The notes: a model not told the origin generated them from the sequence alone. Shown: positions 1-12,500, counted from the stretch's first letter. The stretch is DNA of 64,000 bases from Seison nebaliae (GCA_023231475.1 JALJEE010002634.1:1-64000), one strand, 5' to 3'. Made by a program: numbers and translations.

Positions 1-2
1 AC

Positions 3-626
3 GAATCAGATAATGTACACGAAGAGATCTTAAACAATTTAAATACCAATTTTGCGACAATTTCCATCGAAATACCGAAGTTTAGTGCTGAAAGGAAGTG
101 GACAATCGTCAAAATATGCGAACTATTTCTTCGAAAATGCCAAAAATACAATTATTGGAAAGATAAACGTTCTTGTAAGAAGAACTCATTGACAAAAGAA
201 TTGACGCTAATGATCGAAGAATTACATCCAAACGATATTGAATCATTCAAACTGCTCCGGCGAGAAAAAGTGGAAAAAATCACCGCAAAATCCGCCGAAG
301 AGCCAGCACGAGAGAATATTATCGTTGGCCACTTAAATCCACCTATTTACTCACCATCAGACTCTTTCATTGAATGGAAAACACAATTCGAATTGTATCT
401 GGAAAGTAATCGTATACCCAGAACAATGTGGAAGAATACAATAATGGCGGCAATACGGGAGGACGACCGCAATAAAATTAACACTTCGAATTTTCTGAGA
501 AAGGACGTAAATACATACGAAGATGTGATACACTTCTTATCAAAAGAAGCACTTGATACTATTAGATTCACCCCAAATTACATTGCCCCCCCAAAAAAAA
601 AATTGAAGAGAAAAATGAGATTTTAA
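3..626 (+). CDS. 3' part of a gag-like / transposon-derived ORF, open from the window edge
   Basis: Frame 3 is open from base 3 to TAA at 624-626. It holds two similar motifs (IEIPKFSAERKWTIVKICELFLRK and LNPPIYSPSDSFIEWKTQFELYLESNRI) that resemble the N-terminal capsid helices of LTR-retrotransposon Gag, and a basic C-terminus PPKKKLKRK. The family call is inference by eye. Confidence 0.45.
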   Translation, partial: ESDNVHEEILNNLNTNFATISIEIPKFSAERKWTIVKICELFLRKCQKYNYWKDKRSCKKNSLTKELTLMIEELHPNDIESFKLLRREKVEKITAKSAEEPARENIIVGHLNPPIYSPSDSFIEWKTQFELYLESNRIPRTMWKNTIMAAIREDDRNKINTSNFLRKDVNTYEDVIHFLSKEALDTIRFTPNYIAPPKKKLKRKMRF

Positions 627-663
627 GGGGTTTTTCCTCATTGAAAATAAGCAAACTAGGGTT

Positions 664-696
664 CATTCGAAAGAGCATAAAATTCTCTTTCGAATG
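664..696. repeat. 12-bp perfect inverted repeat (hairpin)
   Basis: CATTCGAAAGAG (664-675) and CTCTTTCGAATG (685-696), 9-nt loop. Confidence 0.75.
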
Positions 697-976
697 CATA
701 TCATATCATTTAAAAAAATTCAATATTAATATTAAAATTTTAGGATACAAGTTGGACTTTTTTTTTTTTCGATTTCAAAAAATTCAACTATTTTGAATTG
801 CTGTGCGCTAGGTGTTACATATCCAAATTTGATAAGTCGGGCATCATTAGATAGCCACGTTCAAGTTCTATTACCAAAAAATTTTATGAGTTCAAATTTT
901 AATTTTTAAATAGAAATTAAGGCATTTTTCAAAGGTAACTTTTGTCAAATTTCCTTCAATTTTTCTATATTTTTAG

Positions 977-1125
977 AACTCATTAAGGGAATAAAATCCA
1001 GACACATAGTCGTAAAATCTTGTCATATCAGGAAATTTCTACTTTTTATTCCTACATTGAGAAAATTCCTATATGTCGTAAAGAGAAAAACTACATGTGT
1101 CTGGATTTTATTCCCTTAATGAGTT
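977..1125. mobile_element. MITE-like element with 31-bp perfect terminal inverted repeats
   Basis: AACTCATTAAGGGAATAAAATCCAGACACAT (977-1007) is the exact reverse complement of 1095-1125, with an 87-bp non-coding spacer. TTAA lies inside both arms next to GGG/CCC. Confidence 0.65.
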
Positions 1126-1128
1126 TGT

Positions 1129-1348
1129 AGGTTGAGAACTGTCCTTTTTTCTCAAAAGGTAGAGAACTGTCCGAAAATAGAAAAACAGGTTGAGAACTGT
1201 CCGAAATTAAAAAAAAAGGTTGAGAACTGTCCGAAAACTTAATAGAAGGTTGGGAGCTGTCCAAAAAATTAATAAAAGGTTGAGAACTGTCCGGAAGTAT
1301 AAAAAACTAACTTGAGAACTGTCCGATTTTTGGGTTTAGAACTGTCCG
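1129..1348. repeat. Eight-copy array of a 16-17 bp core (AGGTTGAGAACTGTCCG) with variable A/T-rich spacers, period about 30 bp
   Basis: Read directly from the sequence. The last two copies are degenerate. The array abuts the inverted-repeat element. Confidence 0.9.
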
Positions 1349-1488
1349 CTGAATATCAATAAAATATCACTTAATCATATAAAAATACTAGTTTAAAATA
1401 TAGGCTTAATTATTATGGCAAAAATTCAAATTTTCTAAAATATTTAGTCATTTTATTATTATCTATCAACAATCATTGACTATTGAAT

Positions 1489-4400
1489 ATGACGAGAAAA
1501 CGTCGAAATGTGCGACCCGCCAACAAACCGGAAGAAGAATTGTTAAACGAGAACAAAAAGAAGAAGAAAGATGAAGAAAATATTTCGCCAACCACTTCAA
1601 AAATCATCGAGAGTATCGTAAACGATGATCGAATTTTAGAAGAGATTAAACAGATGGACATAACTAGTACAAATGATGGATTTATGTCAAAAAAGAACGA
1701 TGTCATATTTGACGATAATCAACCGAAACTTGTTTCACGAATTGGCACTATAACGACGGCATTATTACCTGATACGAAATTGAAGAGACTAGAGGAATAC
1801 GTCGAAATTTACACAGAGACACATCAACGTGGTACGTTGTTAGTGGACAATTATTATCAACCGGAATTCACAACAAATTTATTTGACAGTGAATTGGAAT
1901 GTTTGAATTTCCGATCGAAAATTCGAATGATCACATTTTGTGAAGAAATTGATGAGACTTCGAATAATTTAATTATCAATCTTTATCTTCTTCGTCAATT
2001 GATTCGAGAGGAAGATTTCTTTCTTCCATTGGAAGATCCATATATCTCTATTTTATGTCTCTTGATCATTGGACATCATATTCGATTATTTCAATATCAT
2101 TATTTGGACGGTAATATGATGTTAGAAGTGAAACATTTAATAAAGAATAAGGAATTGAAAGGTGAAGATGATTTGTGGTTGGAACGATATAATTTTATTC
2201 GAAATGATTTTATTATCGATAAATCGAAATCGAATGAAAGAAGATTAAGGAAATTATTCGGGAAATTTGTCTCACCAAATCCGTTCGGCGACGGTCGCTT
2301 AAATGTTACTGAAGAACATTTAGTTTATGAGAATTTTTTGAAATTTATTCGATTTGTTGTTGAAGATGATAAGAAATCATTGTTCAATCATTGGGAATCG
2401 ATCAGTGATCAACGAGTTAGATTTCGCAGGAAATCAAATCTCCTATTGTTAATTGGCAGTGAATTTATCTTCAATTGGTTGTTGGTCAATGAATCGTTGA
2501 AAGATTTGTGGAAGTATCTTTTACAACTCTTATTCACTCCATTCGATTTGGATGAGAAATCTTTTAATACAAAAATTTTAGGTCTTGAAGATTTGAATTC
2601 GCTCAATAATATTATTATTCATCTTCTTTTCATTTGTTCGGGGAAGAAATCATTTACTTTATTTCATGATCGTTATAAAACGAAAGGACCAGAGACAAAT
2701 ATTTTTACTAATGTGCCATCACCGAATTTGAACGTTATTTCAACCAAAAACTTAGATCGATGGATAGTGGAAATATTGTTGAAATGTCTCTTGAATTTCA
2801 ATCGAAAAGATAAACGGTCGAGTGAACAACTTTTCGAGAAATTATTAGAGAATTCAGATTTTCAGAAATTATTTGCCGATTCAATATCAGAAATATTATT
2901 TGAAATTTTCAATTCGAAAGATAGAAAATTTCTATCAGAAACAACACTCAAATTTTATGAGAAGCGTTATGAAATATGTGCTCAATTGATATCGATCGCA
3001 TATCGTCCATTAAAATCGTTGAGAAATACGAGAACTCGATCATTTTTATCGTTTTCTATTATTCGTTTCCTTTCACATGAACTCGAACAGGAAGATTTTG
3101 AACGACGATATAAAAGTGGAAGAACGATGCTCCAATTATTATCGATAAATGATTCAGTTGAACGGAAATCAATATCGATGATTACTATGAAAGAAAAGAA
3201 GAAATTCGATTTGTTAGAAGAATGTGAATTTGTTGAGAAAATGAGAAAAGATTTATTCAAATCTGAAAAAACGATTCAACCAAAATATTTCTTGCCACAA
3301 TGGGGAATATTTCTTTCGTTATTTTCCGATTCAGATGATCGAATTATATCGAAATTAATCAATAACTCTCATCGATTATTGAACTTCGATAATTGTTATT
3401 TGGATATGATGGACAATATTTATGGAATGGCTAATAATCAATTCCAATCGTTTAGTACTGGACATATGTTGGTTGAGAATCGAAAGATTTTCATTTATGA
3501 TTTCCGTCTCCATATCTATTATCGAATTGGAACATTACAGAATAAATCAAAATTTCATTCAGATCTTCTTCATTTTTATGAGAATATTTTCAATCAATCT
3601 TCACTTAATGAGTCATCATCTCCTATGGATTATTTTTTAACTTGTCATCAATTATTGATGTTTCCTACATATTTTTTCACACAACTTCTCCTCGAATTAT
3701 CTAACGAAAAATTATTTGGAAATGTCATTCAATTACTTTTTAATCAATTCTATCAAATTATCCGTATTATTTTTTGGGAAGATGTCGATGATGTTTTAGG
3801 AAAGAATCAATTGAAATATTTAAAAATTCTCCAAAAAGAAATAGCTGAAAGATATTTGTCATTTCTTCCTTTGAATCTTTTCAAATTTCTTTCTAAATCA
3901 AAAGAGATTTCCATTGACTTTCAATCAATTTTTCAATTAACGAAAAAACGATGGAATATTTTGGAATTATTATTCGATCGAATAAATCATCTCAATCAAT
4001 TGGAGTTAGATGAAAATGAACTTCATTTATTATTCATCAAATCTGATTATCAACAATATCGACCTCATAACGCGATTGCTCACGATGTTTCGAAAATACC
4101 GTTTTTTGATGATTTTCTTGGAAATAGTCAATTCGATTTCTCTTTTTCTACACAATCCGAATCGAATGATGAAAATAATGATGGAATATATAAAATTAGT
4201 TCGATTGAATCAATTGAAAGTCGATTAATTACAATGGATTGGAATCGTTTCAATAATTTCGATCAAAATCGTTTCACCATTTTATTCAACAATTATCTCA
4301 CCTTTCGTGAACCATTAAAATTAATTTGTCGACGATTTCTCTTTCATTTGTCAATAATTAATGATATTGAACGAAAAGAAGAAAATATCATATTTTACAA

Positions 4401-7044
4401 ATTCAATCATTTATCATATGAGAATGATGATGATAAAAATAAAAGTAAATCGATTTTATCCAAATGGAATGATTTATATGGAAAAGAATGGAAGACATGT
4501 GAAAATGAATTATATAAATTACAGAAAGATTATGGAAAATCCATCCAATCGTCCTTTTTATCATTGTTGGAAGTGAAAGACAAATTAAAATTGAAGAAAT
4601 TTCTTGATGATTTTCATTTTCTACTCGATATCCATTTGAGAGTGGGAGAGAAAGAATCTTCCAAACAAATCAATCGATTAATCAATTCTTATAAAAATTG
4701 TTTCGATAAGAATAAGAAGAAAAATGAAAAATGTCATTTAGAAAATTTTGTGAAATATATTTGTGAAAAACCACTTTTGATTAGTGTCGATATCGATGTT
4801 ATGGTAGAGAATTTATTGATATTAGAAAAGAAAAAATATGAAGAAAGTTTGATAAATTTCCTCACTAAAATGATGAGTTATCCACATTTCTTCAATAAAT
4901 GTGCTTGGGAAAACATCATGAGAATTGGTGAGAATTGGATCAAATCGAATCATGATATCAGTATCAATAATTCTACTAACGAATCAATAAACAATTCAAC
5001 GATTCGAATTAATCGAAATAAAACCTCCAAATTTTTATTCAATGATGAAAAACTGTCGAATTTTTTATTGGTCTCGTTGAAAAGTCTATCAAATATTTTC
5101 CTGAAAAATTTTGATATTGAAAAAAATCTTGGTGAATTGACATCATTGATTGGGGATGATATCATCAGTAATTTTTGTGCGATGGCAATTGAAAATTTAA
5201 CAGGAATTCCATTTTTAATGGAATCGATTGAAAGAAAAATAAATTTTGATATTAAACAATTGAAGAAAATGAGAAGTGATGGAAATTTTTTATATTTTCA
5301 TTCGAACTCATCCTTCACTGACTATTCTTTCGATGTGTGGAATTCGAAACAAATAAAATATCTATTGAAAGGATTAGATACGTTTCTATCAAACAAACAA
5401 TTCATTCCTCTTATCATTTACGTGACAGATTTAATATTATTTCGTATAAGTCGATTAGTTTACATATCTATCAATCAAATTGTTGACGATGAAATAAAAT
5501 TGGATTATAATCTCTTCATTCATGATATTATAGTTCTATATTATATCATCAAACGGTTTCCATTAATCATCTTCTTATATTCCAAAAGTGAATTATTTGA
5601 ATTTGTGGAATTGGAAGGAGAAGAAAATGAAAATAAGAAAAAATTAAATGATTGTTTCTCTTCCTCATATATCCTACAATTGATTTATTTCATTTTCTAT
5701 AATTTGTTCAATGAAAATGTCGAAGAGAAATTCCCATTTATTCCATCGCAAATCGATTCAACTTCAAATCATAACAATAACTTAATTAGTTTCATTTATC
5801 ATGTTGAGAAAACCAATGTGGAGGATGATGTTGGAAGAAATAATGTAGAAAAAAAATATTCGATCCGACAACCCAAATGGAAAACGAATATCTCTTATAA
5901 TTTCTCAATTTCTAAGAAATCGAATGAACATGTATCTAATTTTCATCAGAAATTCTTAATTGTTCGATATTCCACTAAAATAATCAGTTATTTGACATGT
6001 CAATTCACTGAACTGATAAATCGATACGATGCAGATGATACAACATTGTTGGAAGATTTTGAATGCGACATCTTCTCTCCAATACAATATTCAGATGATG
6101 ATGATTATTTCTATAATCTAATTGCAACATTGAATGAAATGAATAAAAATATTTCAAAAATCTTTCAATTTTCTTTAATTAACAAATTTAATTTTGTATA
6201 TTTAATGGAAGAAGAATTAATGAAAGAACGATATATTTTCGAATTACAACATATTCAATTAACATCTTGTCATCATATTGAGAAACAGACGACAAGTCGA
6301 ACAACACCAAATTTCCTTTTGACTTTAATCAATTATTTGTTCATAGAAGATCCATCAACGGAGAAATATAATGAATTCACTTCAATCCAGGAGAAAAAGT
6401 TCAATGAGATTGTCAAAAAATTTTCTAAGAAAAATATTTTGAATTCTCATAATTGCATTTATAAAGAACTGTCGATTCTATTCATTTACTTCATTTTATT
6501 CTTTGAAACTGAGTCAAAATTCATTAAAATTATCAAACATTGTCATTCAAGATTCGTTCATCTTAACCATCAAAATCGATATGATGAATCAAAAAATGTG
6601 AACATTTATAATGCTTTACCTTTCATGTTCTGGTTATTGGCTATCGTCTTCCGTCATCATTTGACTTCAGTCAACGATCTGGTGATTTATTCGTTTTTAA
6701 AGAAACGTTATCAAAGACTTCTGAAAATTTTAATTGATGTTACGGAGGATGTTGTGGATCTCAAAATTTTATTCGAACAATTAGAATTGTGTCATCCAAT
6801 TTATCCGAATGAAATTGAAGGGAATAATGTAGAAGATATTGACATGTTCACCAATGTTCAACGATTTGATGGAATGTTTGAAATAATGAATGTCATCGTC
6901 CAAAAGAAGAAAGATGAGAAGAAAAAGAATGAACAGATTATTAAACAATTTCATATCGATGAAATATTCTTCGAATTAGATCGAGAAAGTTCAAATCGAT
7001 CATTATACATTCCATCAAAATATCAGTTATTTGAAGACGAATAG
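1489..7044 (+). CDS. Large intronless protein of about 1851 aa, unknown function, Leu/Ile/Phe-rich, with an N-terminal basic NLS-like patch
   Basis: A 5.5-kb stop-free frame in very AT-rich DNA. First ATG at 1489 (MTRKRRNV...KKKKKDEE). No domain recognised. Confidence 0.85.
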   Translation: MTRKRRNVRPANKPEEELLNENKKKKKDEENISPTTSKIIESIVNDDRILEEIKQMDITSTNDGFMSKKNDVIFDDNQPKLVSRIGTITTALLPDTKLKRLEEYVEIYTETHQRGTLLVDNYYQPEFTTNLFDSELECLNFRSKIRMITFCEEIDETSNNLIINLYLLRQLIREEDFFLPLEDPYISILCLLIIGHHIRLFQYHYLDGNMMLEVKHLIKNKELKGEDDLWLERYNFIRNDFIIDKSKSNERRLRKLFGKFVSPNPFGDGRLNVTEEHLVYENFLKFIRFVVEDDKKSLFNHWESISDQRVRFRRKSNLLLLIGSEFIFNWLLVNESLKDLWKYLLQLLFTPFDLDEKSFNTKILGLEDLNSLNNIIIHLLFICSGKKSFTLFHDRYKTKGPETNIFTNVPSPNLNVISTKNLDRWIVEILLKCLLNFNRKDKRSSEQLFEKLLENSDFQKLFADSISEILFEIFNSKDRKFLSETTLKFYEKRYEICAQLISIAYRPLKSLRNTRTRSFLSFSIIRFLSHELEQEDFERRYKSGRTMLQLLSINDSVERKSISMITMKEKKKFDLLEECEFVEKMRKDLFKSEKTIQPKYFLPQWGIFLSLFSDSDDRIISKLINNSHRLLNFDNCYLDMMDNIYGMANNQFQSFSTGHMLVENRKIFIYDFRLHIYYRIGTLQNKSKFHSDLLHFYENIFNQSSLNESSSPMDYFLTCHQLLMFPTYFFTQLLLELSNEKLFGNVIQLLFNQFYQIIRIIFWEDVDDVLGKNQLKYLKILQKEIAERYLSFLPLNLFKFLSKSKEISIDFQSIFQLTKKRWNILELLFDRINHLNQLELDENELHLLFIKSDYQQYRPHNAIAHDVSKIPFFDDFLGNSQFDFSFSTQSESNDENNDGIYKISSIESIESRLITMDWNRFNNFDQNRFTILFNNYLTFREPLKLICRRFLFHLSIINDIERKEENIIFYKFNHLSYENDDDKNKSKSILSKWNDLYGKEWKTCENELYKLQKDYGKSIQSSFLSLLEVKDKLKLKKFLDDFHFLLDIHLRVGEKESSKQINRLINSYKNCFDKNKKKNEKCHLENFVKYICEKPLLISVDIDVMVENLLILEKKKYEESLINFLTKMMSYPHFFNKCAWENIMRIGENWIKSNHDISINNSTNESINNSTIRINRNKTSKFLFNDEKLSNFLLVSLKSLSNIFLKNFDIEKNLGELTSLIGDDIISNFCAMAIENLTGIPFLMESIERKINFDIKQLKKMRSDGNFLYFHSNSSFTDYSFDVWNSKQIKYLLKGLDTFLSNKQFIPLIIYVTDLILFRISRLVYISINQIVDDEIKLDYNLFIHDIIVLYYIIKRFPLIIFLYSKSELFEFVELEGEENENKKKLNDCFSSSYILQLIYFIFYNLFNENVEEKFPFIPSQIDSTSNHNNNLISFIYHVEKTNVEDDVGRNNVEKKYSIRQPKWKTNISYNFSISKKSNEHVSNFHQKFLIVRYSTKIISYLTCQFTELINRYDADDTTLLEDFECDIFSPIQYSDDDDYFYNLIATLNEMNKNISKIFQFSLINKFNFVYLMEEELMKERYIFELQHIQLTSCHHIEKQTTSRTTPNFLLTLINYLFIEDPSTEKYNEFTSIQEKKFNEIVKKFSKKNILNSHNCIYKELSILFIYFILFFETESKFIKIIKHCHSRFVHLNHQNRYDESKNVNIYNALPFMFWLLAIVFRHHLTSVNDLVIYSFLKKRYQRLLKILIDVTEDVVDLKILFEQLELCHPIYPNEIEGNNVEDIDMFTNVQRFDGMFEIMNVIVQKKKDEKKKNEQIIKQFHIDEIFFELDRESSNRSLYIPSKYQLFEDE

Positions 7045-7160
7045 TATTTTTATCATTTAAAATATTTTTATTTTTCATCGAATATTCTAATAAAATTTTC
7101 ACTTTCAACATTGGCTTATGTGTCTCTTTCTTCTCAAATAACATAACAATCGAGGTTATT

Positions 7161-9314
7161 TCAGTAAATATTATTCTTTAATTTCTTCTTCGATTCATAT
7201 TCATCCACTTCCTTCTCTACATCATTAATGATTCCTGTTTGTTTAGCTGCAACATCCAAATATCTTTGAGATATGCCAAGTCGAGCCAAATCTTTTAGTC
7301 TTTGTTTCTTTATCTGATTGAAGCGATCGGCTTCAGTGGCTTGTTTCAAACGAACTTCAGCTGCCTGAGCATATTCCGTTTTAATTTTTTCCAATTTCTC
7401 TAATTCTTTCAATCTCATTTGATCTAATAAAACTTTACGATAAGCAATTTGATTCTCCTTGGCTAATTTCTTCTTTCTTTCCTGCTCACTTAAATATGCC
7501 CTCAATTCACTAACATTAAATTCAAATTAATTTTAAAATGATAAAGAAAATTCTTAGAAAACTTTAAGACAATTTCAGCATCTCTTTTATCTCTCGCCAC
7601 AATACTACCTAAACAACGATTCCTTAGACGCGTTTGGAGATGTCTCGCTTGTAATAATTCTTCTTTTTCACGTTTCTCTCGAAGAGCTTTCGCTAACTCA
7701 GTCTTTCTCCATTCACTTTCCTTTATTTCCAATGCTCTCTTCTCACGAATATTTGCTGCACGAACTTTCTCCTTATCATCGTGTTCCATTTGCTTTCTTA
7801 ATTGATCAGTAATAAGCCGTTTCTGTTCTGCTTGTTCTTTCTTTTCTTTTTCAAGTTTTTCCTTATAATCCGCCATCTTCTTACTATACTCCTGATCTAT
7901 ATTAATCAATTGGAGTTAAATTGATGAAAAGTTAAGTCAAGTTCGAAAACATTCGATATCAATTGCTTGTTCCGTCTTAATTTCTCTTTTCTTCTTTTCC
8001 TGATATTGTCGATTAGCTTCTTTCAATATTTTCTAGAAAATTTCAAATTTTATGCCCGTAACAAAATCAGTAAGATGACTAAACGGCAGTTTCTACTTTC
8101 TTTTGTCCATCCCTCAATCGAGAAACTGTCTGATCATGTAAATATTCTAAATATTTTAATTTCTCTCTTTCGCCTTGTTCAATCTTCTCATTCTCTTCTT
8201 GTAATTGCTTAAATTTCCTTTCCTCCATTTGCATATGTAACGCTTCCGCATATCTTTAAGAAAAAAACAATTTAAATTAATTGTTAAATGAGAAAATTAA
8301 TTCTTCATCATAATGCGAGTTATATAATATAAAATGTCGAATGAGTTAATTTCTATGTCAATAGGAAAATCAATAATGGATAACTCTTTGTTTCTCTCTT
8401 CCACACTCTTACCATCTTTTTTGGGATATAATGCATTTAATCGATCCACTTCCATCATTAGATCCAATCTCAATTCTTCATTTTTCATTTCTTCAGCAAT
8501 CTTCCTCTTCTCTTGTACTTGAGCATCTCGTATGTTATTAATTCGAGCATCGTTAATCACCTGTCATTCAAATTAATTACATATAATGATTTTTATGATT
8601 ACTTTAAGTAAACTCGATCAATGTGTGCTATGTCGACATGTCGGTTATCGATCAGTTGTTGTGTTCTCTCTATCACTTTCTTAGCGTGCTCGTCTTTTTG
8701 GTCGACTTCCTTCGCCAACAATTCATCATTATAATCTTGGATAATTTGTCGTTGTTCTAATCGAATTTTATTTTTCTTCAGAAAAAATTTATTTGGAAAA
8801 TTCGAAAATCTTTTTTTGTAACTTCGGTCAACGGTCCATTTTCAAGCTCGTCCGTTGTTCCGCAAAAGTGACCTCCCGTCGTATAGAAACTGCTAAAATC
8901 ATTGTTAACTTTCGATTTTATCTCGTCTAATCGCTCTTTGTCTATCATAGTAACTTTCTCAACATTCTTCAACAGAGGTAACTTTCCCAAATCACTCTCA
9001 CAAGATTTTTTCTTCTTCTTATTCTTATTTCGTCTGTTGTCTTTAACACAAATGAAAAATGAGTTAATCTAAGAAATGTTTGTAAATTAAAATGATTAAC
9101 TATTTTTTTCAGAACAATGTTCTGAATAATTATCAGGTTTAGTTTCCGCTAATTTCCTCTTCTCTTCACTGATTTCCGCTTCCTTCAATAATCGGCCAGC
9201 TAAGGCTGACATATTCCTTTGACCGAACAATTCAAGTTCTACATAAGCGTTTCCAGCTTTCTTAATGTATGTACAGCCAGGTCTCGTCTTGTCTATCTTA
9301 ATTCTTCTATACAT
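7161..9314 (-). CDS. CFAP45: Cilia- and flagella-associated protein 45 (CCDC19), 8 exons, about 567 aa
   Basis: Motif NIRDAQVQEKRKIAEEMKNEELRLDLMMEVDR matches the CFAP45 signature, followed by a coiled-coil body. Phase-consistent exons: 9314-9101, 9040-8823, 8775-8614, 8560-8385, 8253-8085, 8032-7951, 7896-7563, 7509-7161. All introns are GT-AG. Confidence 0.85.
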
Positions 9315-9541
9315 CAAATAACAACAACCGAGTCAAACGAGAAATATTCAACTTAAATTAATTTCATTAAATAATCGACAGAGATTATTATCATCAATAT
9401 TAGTTTGATATTTTTGCGCGTTTTTTCTCATTATTAATACAAACGATTTCGGTTTCAGACATTAATTTCAATTGAAAAAACTGTTTTCCGGTCGTTTGAA
9501 GCTTTATCAATTCGTTCAATTATGCTTAAAATTTGAATTTA
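9315..9541. promoter_or_regulatory. Putative bidirectional promoter between CFAP45 and the RhoGEF
   Basis: Only 227 bp separate the divergent predicted start codons (9314 minus, 9542 plus). This depends on the RhoGEF 5' exon model. Confidence 0.45.
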
Positions 9542-12500
9542 ATGAAAAAAATAAGTTTACTAAAGAACGGGGAATTCGGAAGTGATAAGGATGAACGAAA
9601 AGTGAATTTTGCACAATTTGAAAAGTTTTCCAAGAAGAAATAATATTGAAATAATTCATTAGAAATCATTCAAAATTTTGGATGACGTCGAAAACGTACA
9701 AGATTGATCGGAGTGGTTCAATTCGCAAGAATTTCTCCAATGTTCGTCGAATATTGTCGAAGCGTATGAAGAAGCGGAAAGATCGTCCGACAGTGGTGGA
9801 TTGGAAGAAATCACCGTCTCATATCAAACGAAGTTAACTTCCGTAATCTTACTTCACATTTTCCCCATTTTTCACAAGGGAACGTTGATTTAGAATAAAT
9901 TTTTTTTGAAAAAAAAAACTGAATGAAAAATAGAGATCATATGTTAATTCATTCATTCGACATTACTCGATTTATTCCATTCCTTTTCATTTACATTTCG
10001 TTCCATTCCCGTTTTCATACAAATGAATGATGACGAAAACAAAAGGAAAGAAATAGAATGAATTAATTGAAAATTTGTTGATCGTTTCATTTCTCTTCAA
10101 AACTTTCTTATAGATGATTCGCGAACTTATAAAAAAGAAATTCGACTACTTGAAGTTAGTTCAACCGAATTCTTATTTGTTTAATATTTATCTTCATGTT
10201 TTCCCTTAACATAACATATTACCATCTATCTGTTGCCATATTTTCTCTCGCGAACTAACAAAAGAATTCTTCTCACTGATCATGAATCTTCGTGGAGGAA
10301 TATTCAATTAATTTGTTGTGTTAGGAAATTATTTTGTCATCTGTTTGTTTAGTAATCCTCTAAATAATTTTTGATGTGATATTGTGTAGTGAAGAAAAAA
10401 AAGAATTCTGGTGGTCGTGTTGCTGCGGTTGATTTATTGTTGATTATTAATTTTTATGATTATTAGTTCATGTTTCCATTTGATTCAGGTCATTCTCTTT
10501 CACTTGATGACAATTACTGATTTCATTCATATGTTACATGAAATGATCGAGGAATTTATTTGATTTATCGTTCCATGTTTATATGGGAAATGTCTACTGT
10601 TGATTTGAAGAGAAGTTCTGATATATATTCGCTTCTTCTCCATTCAATTCCATTACTTTTATAAGTTATCTGTCATAAGAATTGTTGGACGAATAAATTA
10701 TAATTATTCTTATATTTATTACGACTCTTAGTTGAATTGAGTTGTGGCAAGTTCTCCAACATCTTTATTCCATCAGTTGAATTTATGTAAAACGAATTGA
10801 TTGCATGATCAATTGAATGATTAACTGATCGATTGAATGTGAAGTTAGAATGTATTTGTCCGAAAGAGAAATAGTTTGATTAAATTACCAATTGCTCATC
10901 ATTCGATTTGACCTTCAAACATTTATTTGAATGATGAACAAAAAAAAGATTTTCGACATTGAACATGGAACTTTCTATTAATGTTAAATGCATCGTATGT
11001 TATCCAAATCATCTCATATCAGACCTCCATTCCACTTATTCATATTGTTTAACATTGGTGAAGGTAATGTTTCGTTTTTGTTATACGTATAATATATATT
11101 TCTCTTATTCGTTCCAACTAAAAGGGGAAAAATTATTTATAAAAGAAATTCTTTATGTTTAATGGAAATTCTATTAATTTCTTGTCTCTTGTTAGCAGAA
11201 GAAATCGTTGGGTAAATTGATAGAAGAGACGATTTTGGAAGAAAAGAAAAATACTCCACAACATGAATCGGATACTAATTCAACTTATGATATCATCAAC
11301 GACGACGACGAAGATAACCAATTGAAGAATACGACTGTTTATGAGGATGAACCGAAAATAGTCTCTTCTCAACAACGACGATGTTTTCATTCATGTGAAG
11401 TATTGAGACATCCATCGGACAGTTTCGATAGGAAGACATTGAACAACAATTATCTCCTTCCGACAAGAAGTGTATCAATGGACAATTTCTCACAAATTAA
11501 TCGAATACATTATCGTTCCAAATTCACCAGTTCGAAACGAATCGTCCACCACTGTCTCCAACAGCCAAGTGATAATCTAATTAAGCGAGACATCACCGAA
11601 ATTTATGCGACGATATCGAAGAATCATAGAAAGATTAATAAGAAGACTAATCATCAATTCATTTATGACAACACTCATCGTCGTCAAAGTGAGAGACAAT
11701 CGTTTTTTATTAAACGATCGTCATTATCACCGACAACAAATCCATTATTGTTCACAGTTGGATTACGTGGAAATGAAGGTGAAACGATTAACGAAATGAC
11801 ATTGGTTATATTTTTTAGAAGATCTTCATTTCAATTAATCATATTTCTATTTTCAATTTCGTCTTATTTTCCAACAGCCGTCAATCATGGATCAAAATGC
11901 GAATAATTACTCATCGATTAATAAAATCAATCATTATGATCATCAGACGACTCTCCATTCAAACAAGATTGATGATGAACATCATTTCATTACACAAATG
12001 AATGATACTATTAATTCTACTAATTCTACTACTACTACTACTACTTGTACTATTGGTAGGGTCTTAAAGAAACATATTAATTCTTCAGATTATGATGATG
12101 AAGAAGAAGAGAATTTGAAGAAGGAGAACGAGAAGAACAAGACGACGAGAAAGAAGAATAATGAACGATCTTCAACCAAACTCAATATTCATAACAGTTA
12201 GTAATGATCGACATGGAATTTCTATATAAACAGAAATTTCTCCGTTTATCTCAACTTTTCACCGGTATTGCGGCATTTTCAAAAAAAGAAAAATAGTTGT
12301 TGATTGAAAGAATCAGTTTTCTTCAAATATCGTCTCTAATTTCTTTCGGAAATATCTTCCTCATTCAATATGATATTGATGTATGATTTAGATGAAATAT
12401 CTTGTCATTCTCACCCTCACTATACGATTTGTCAATCAATTTCCCTTTTACTTCATCATTCCTCCATTTGAGAGGTAACTGAGCATCTCACAAACCATAA

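Noticed and set aside
1129..1348. CRISPR-like repeat-spacer appearance
   Set aside because: Repeats are only 16-17 bp, spacers are 7-16 bp, A-rich and similar to each other, there are no cas genes, and the context is eukaryotic.
2409..5165. Short ORFs nested in or antisense to the 1489-7044 gene, and similar ones within other long ORFs
   Set aside because: These are compositional shadows of long AT-rich coding sequence.
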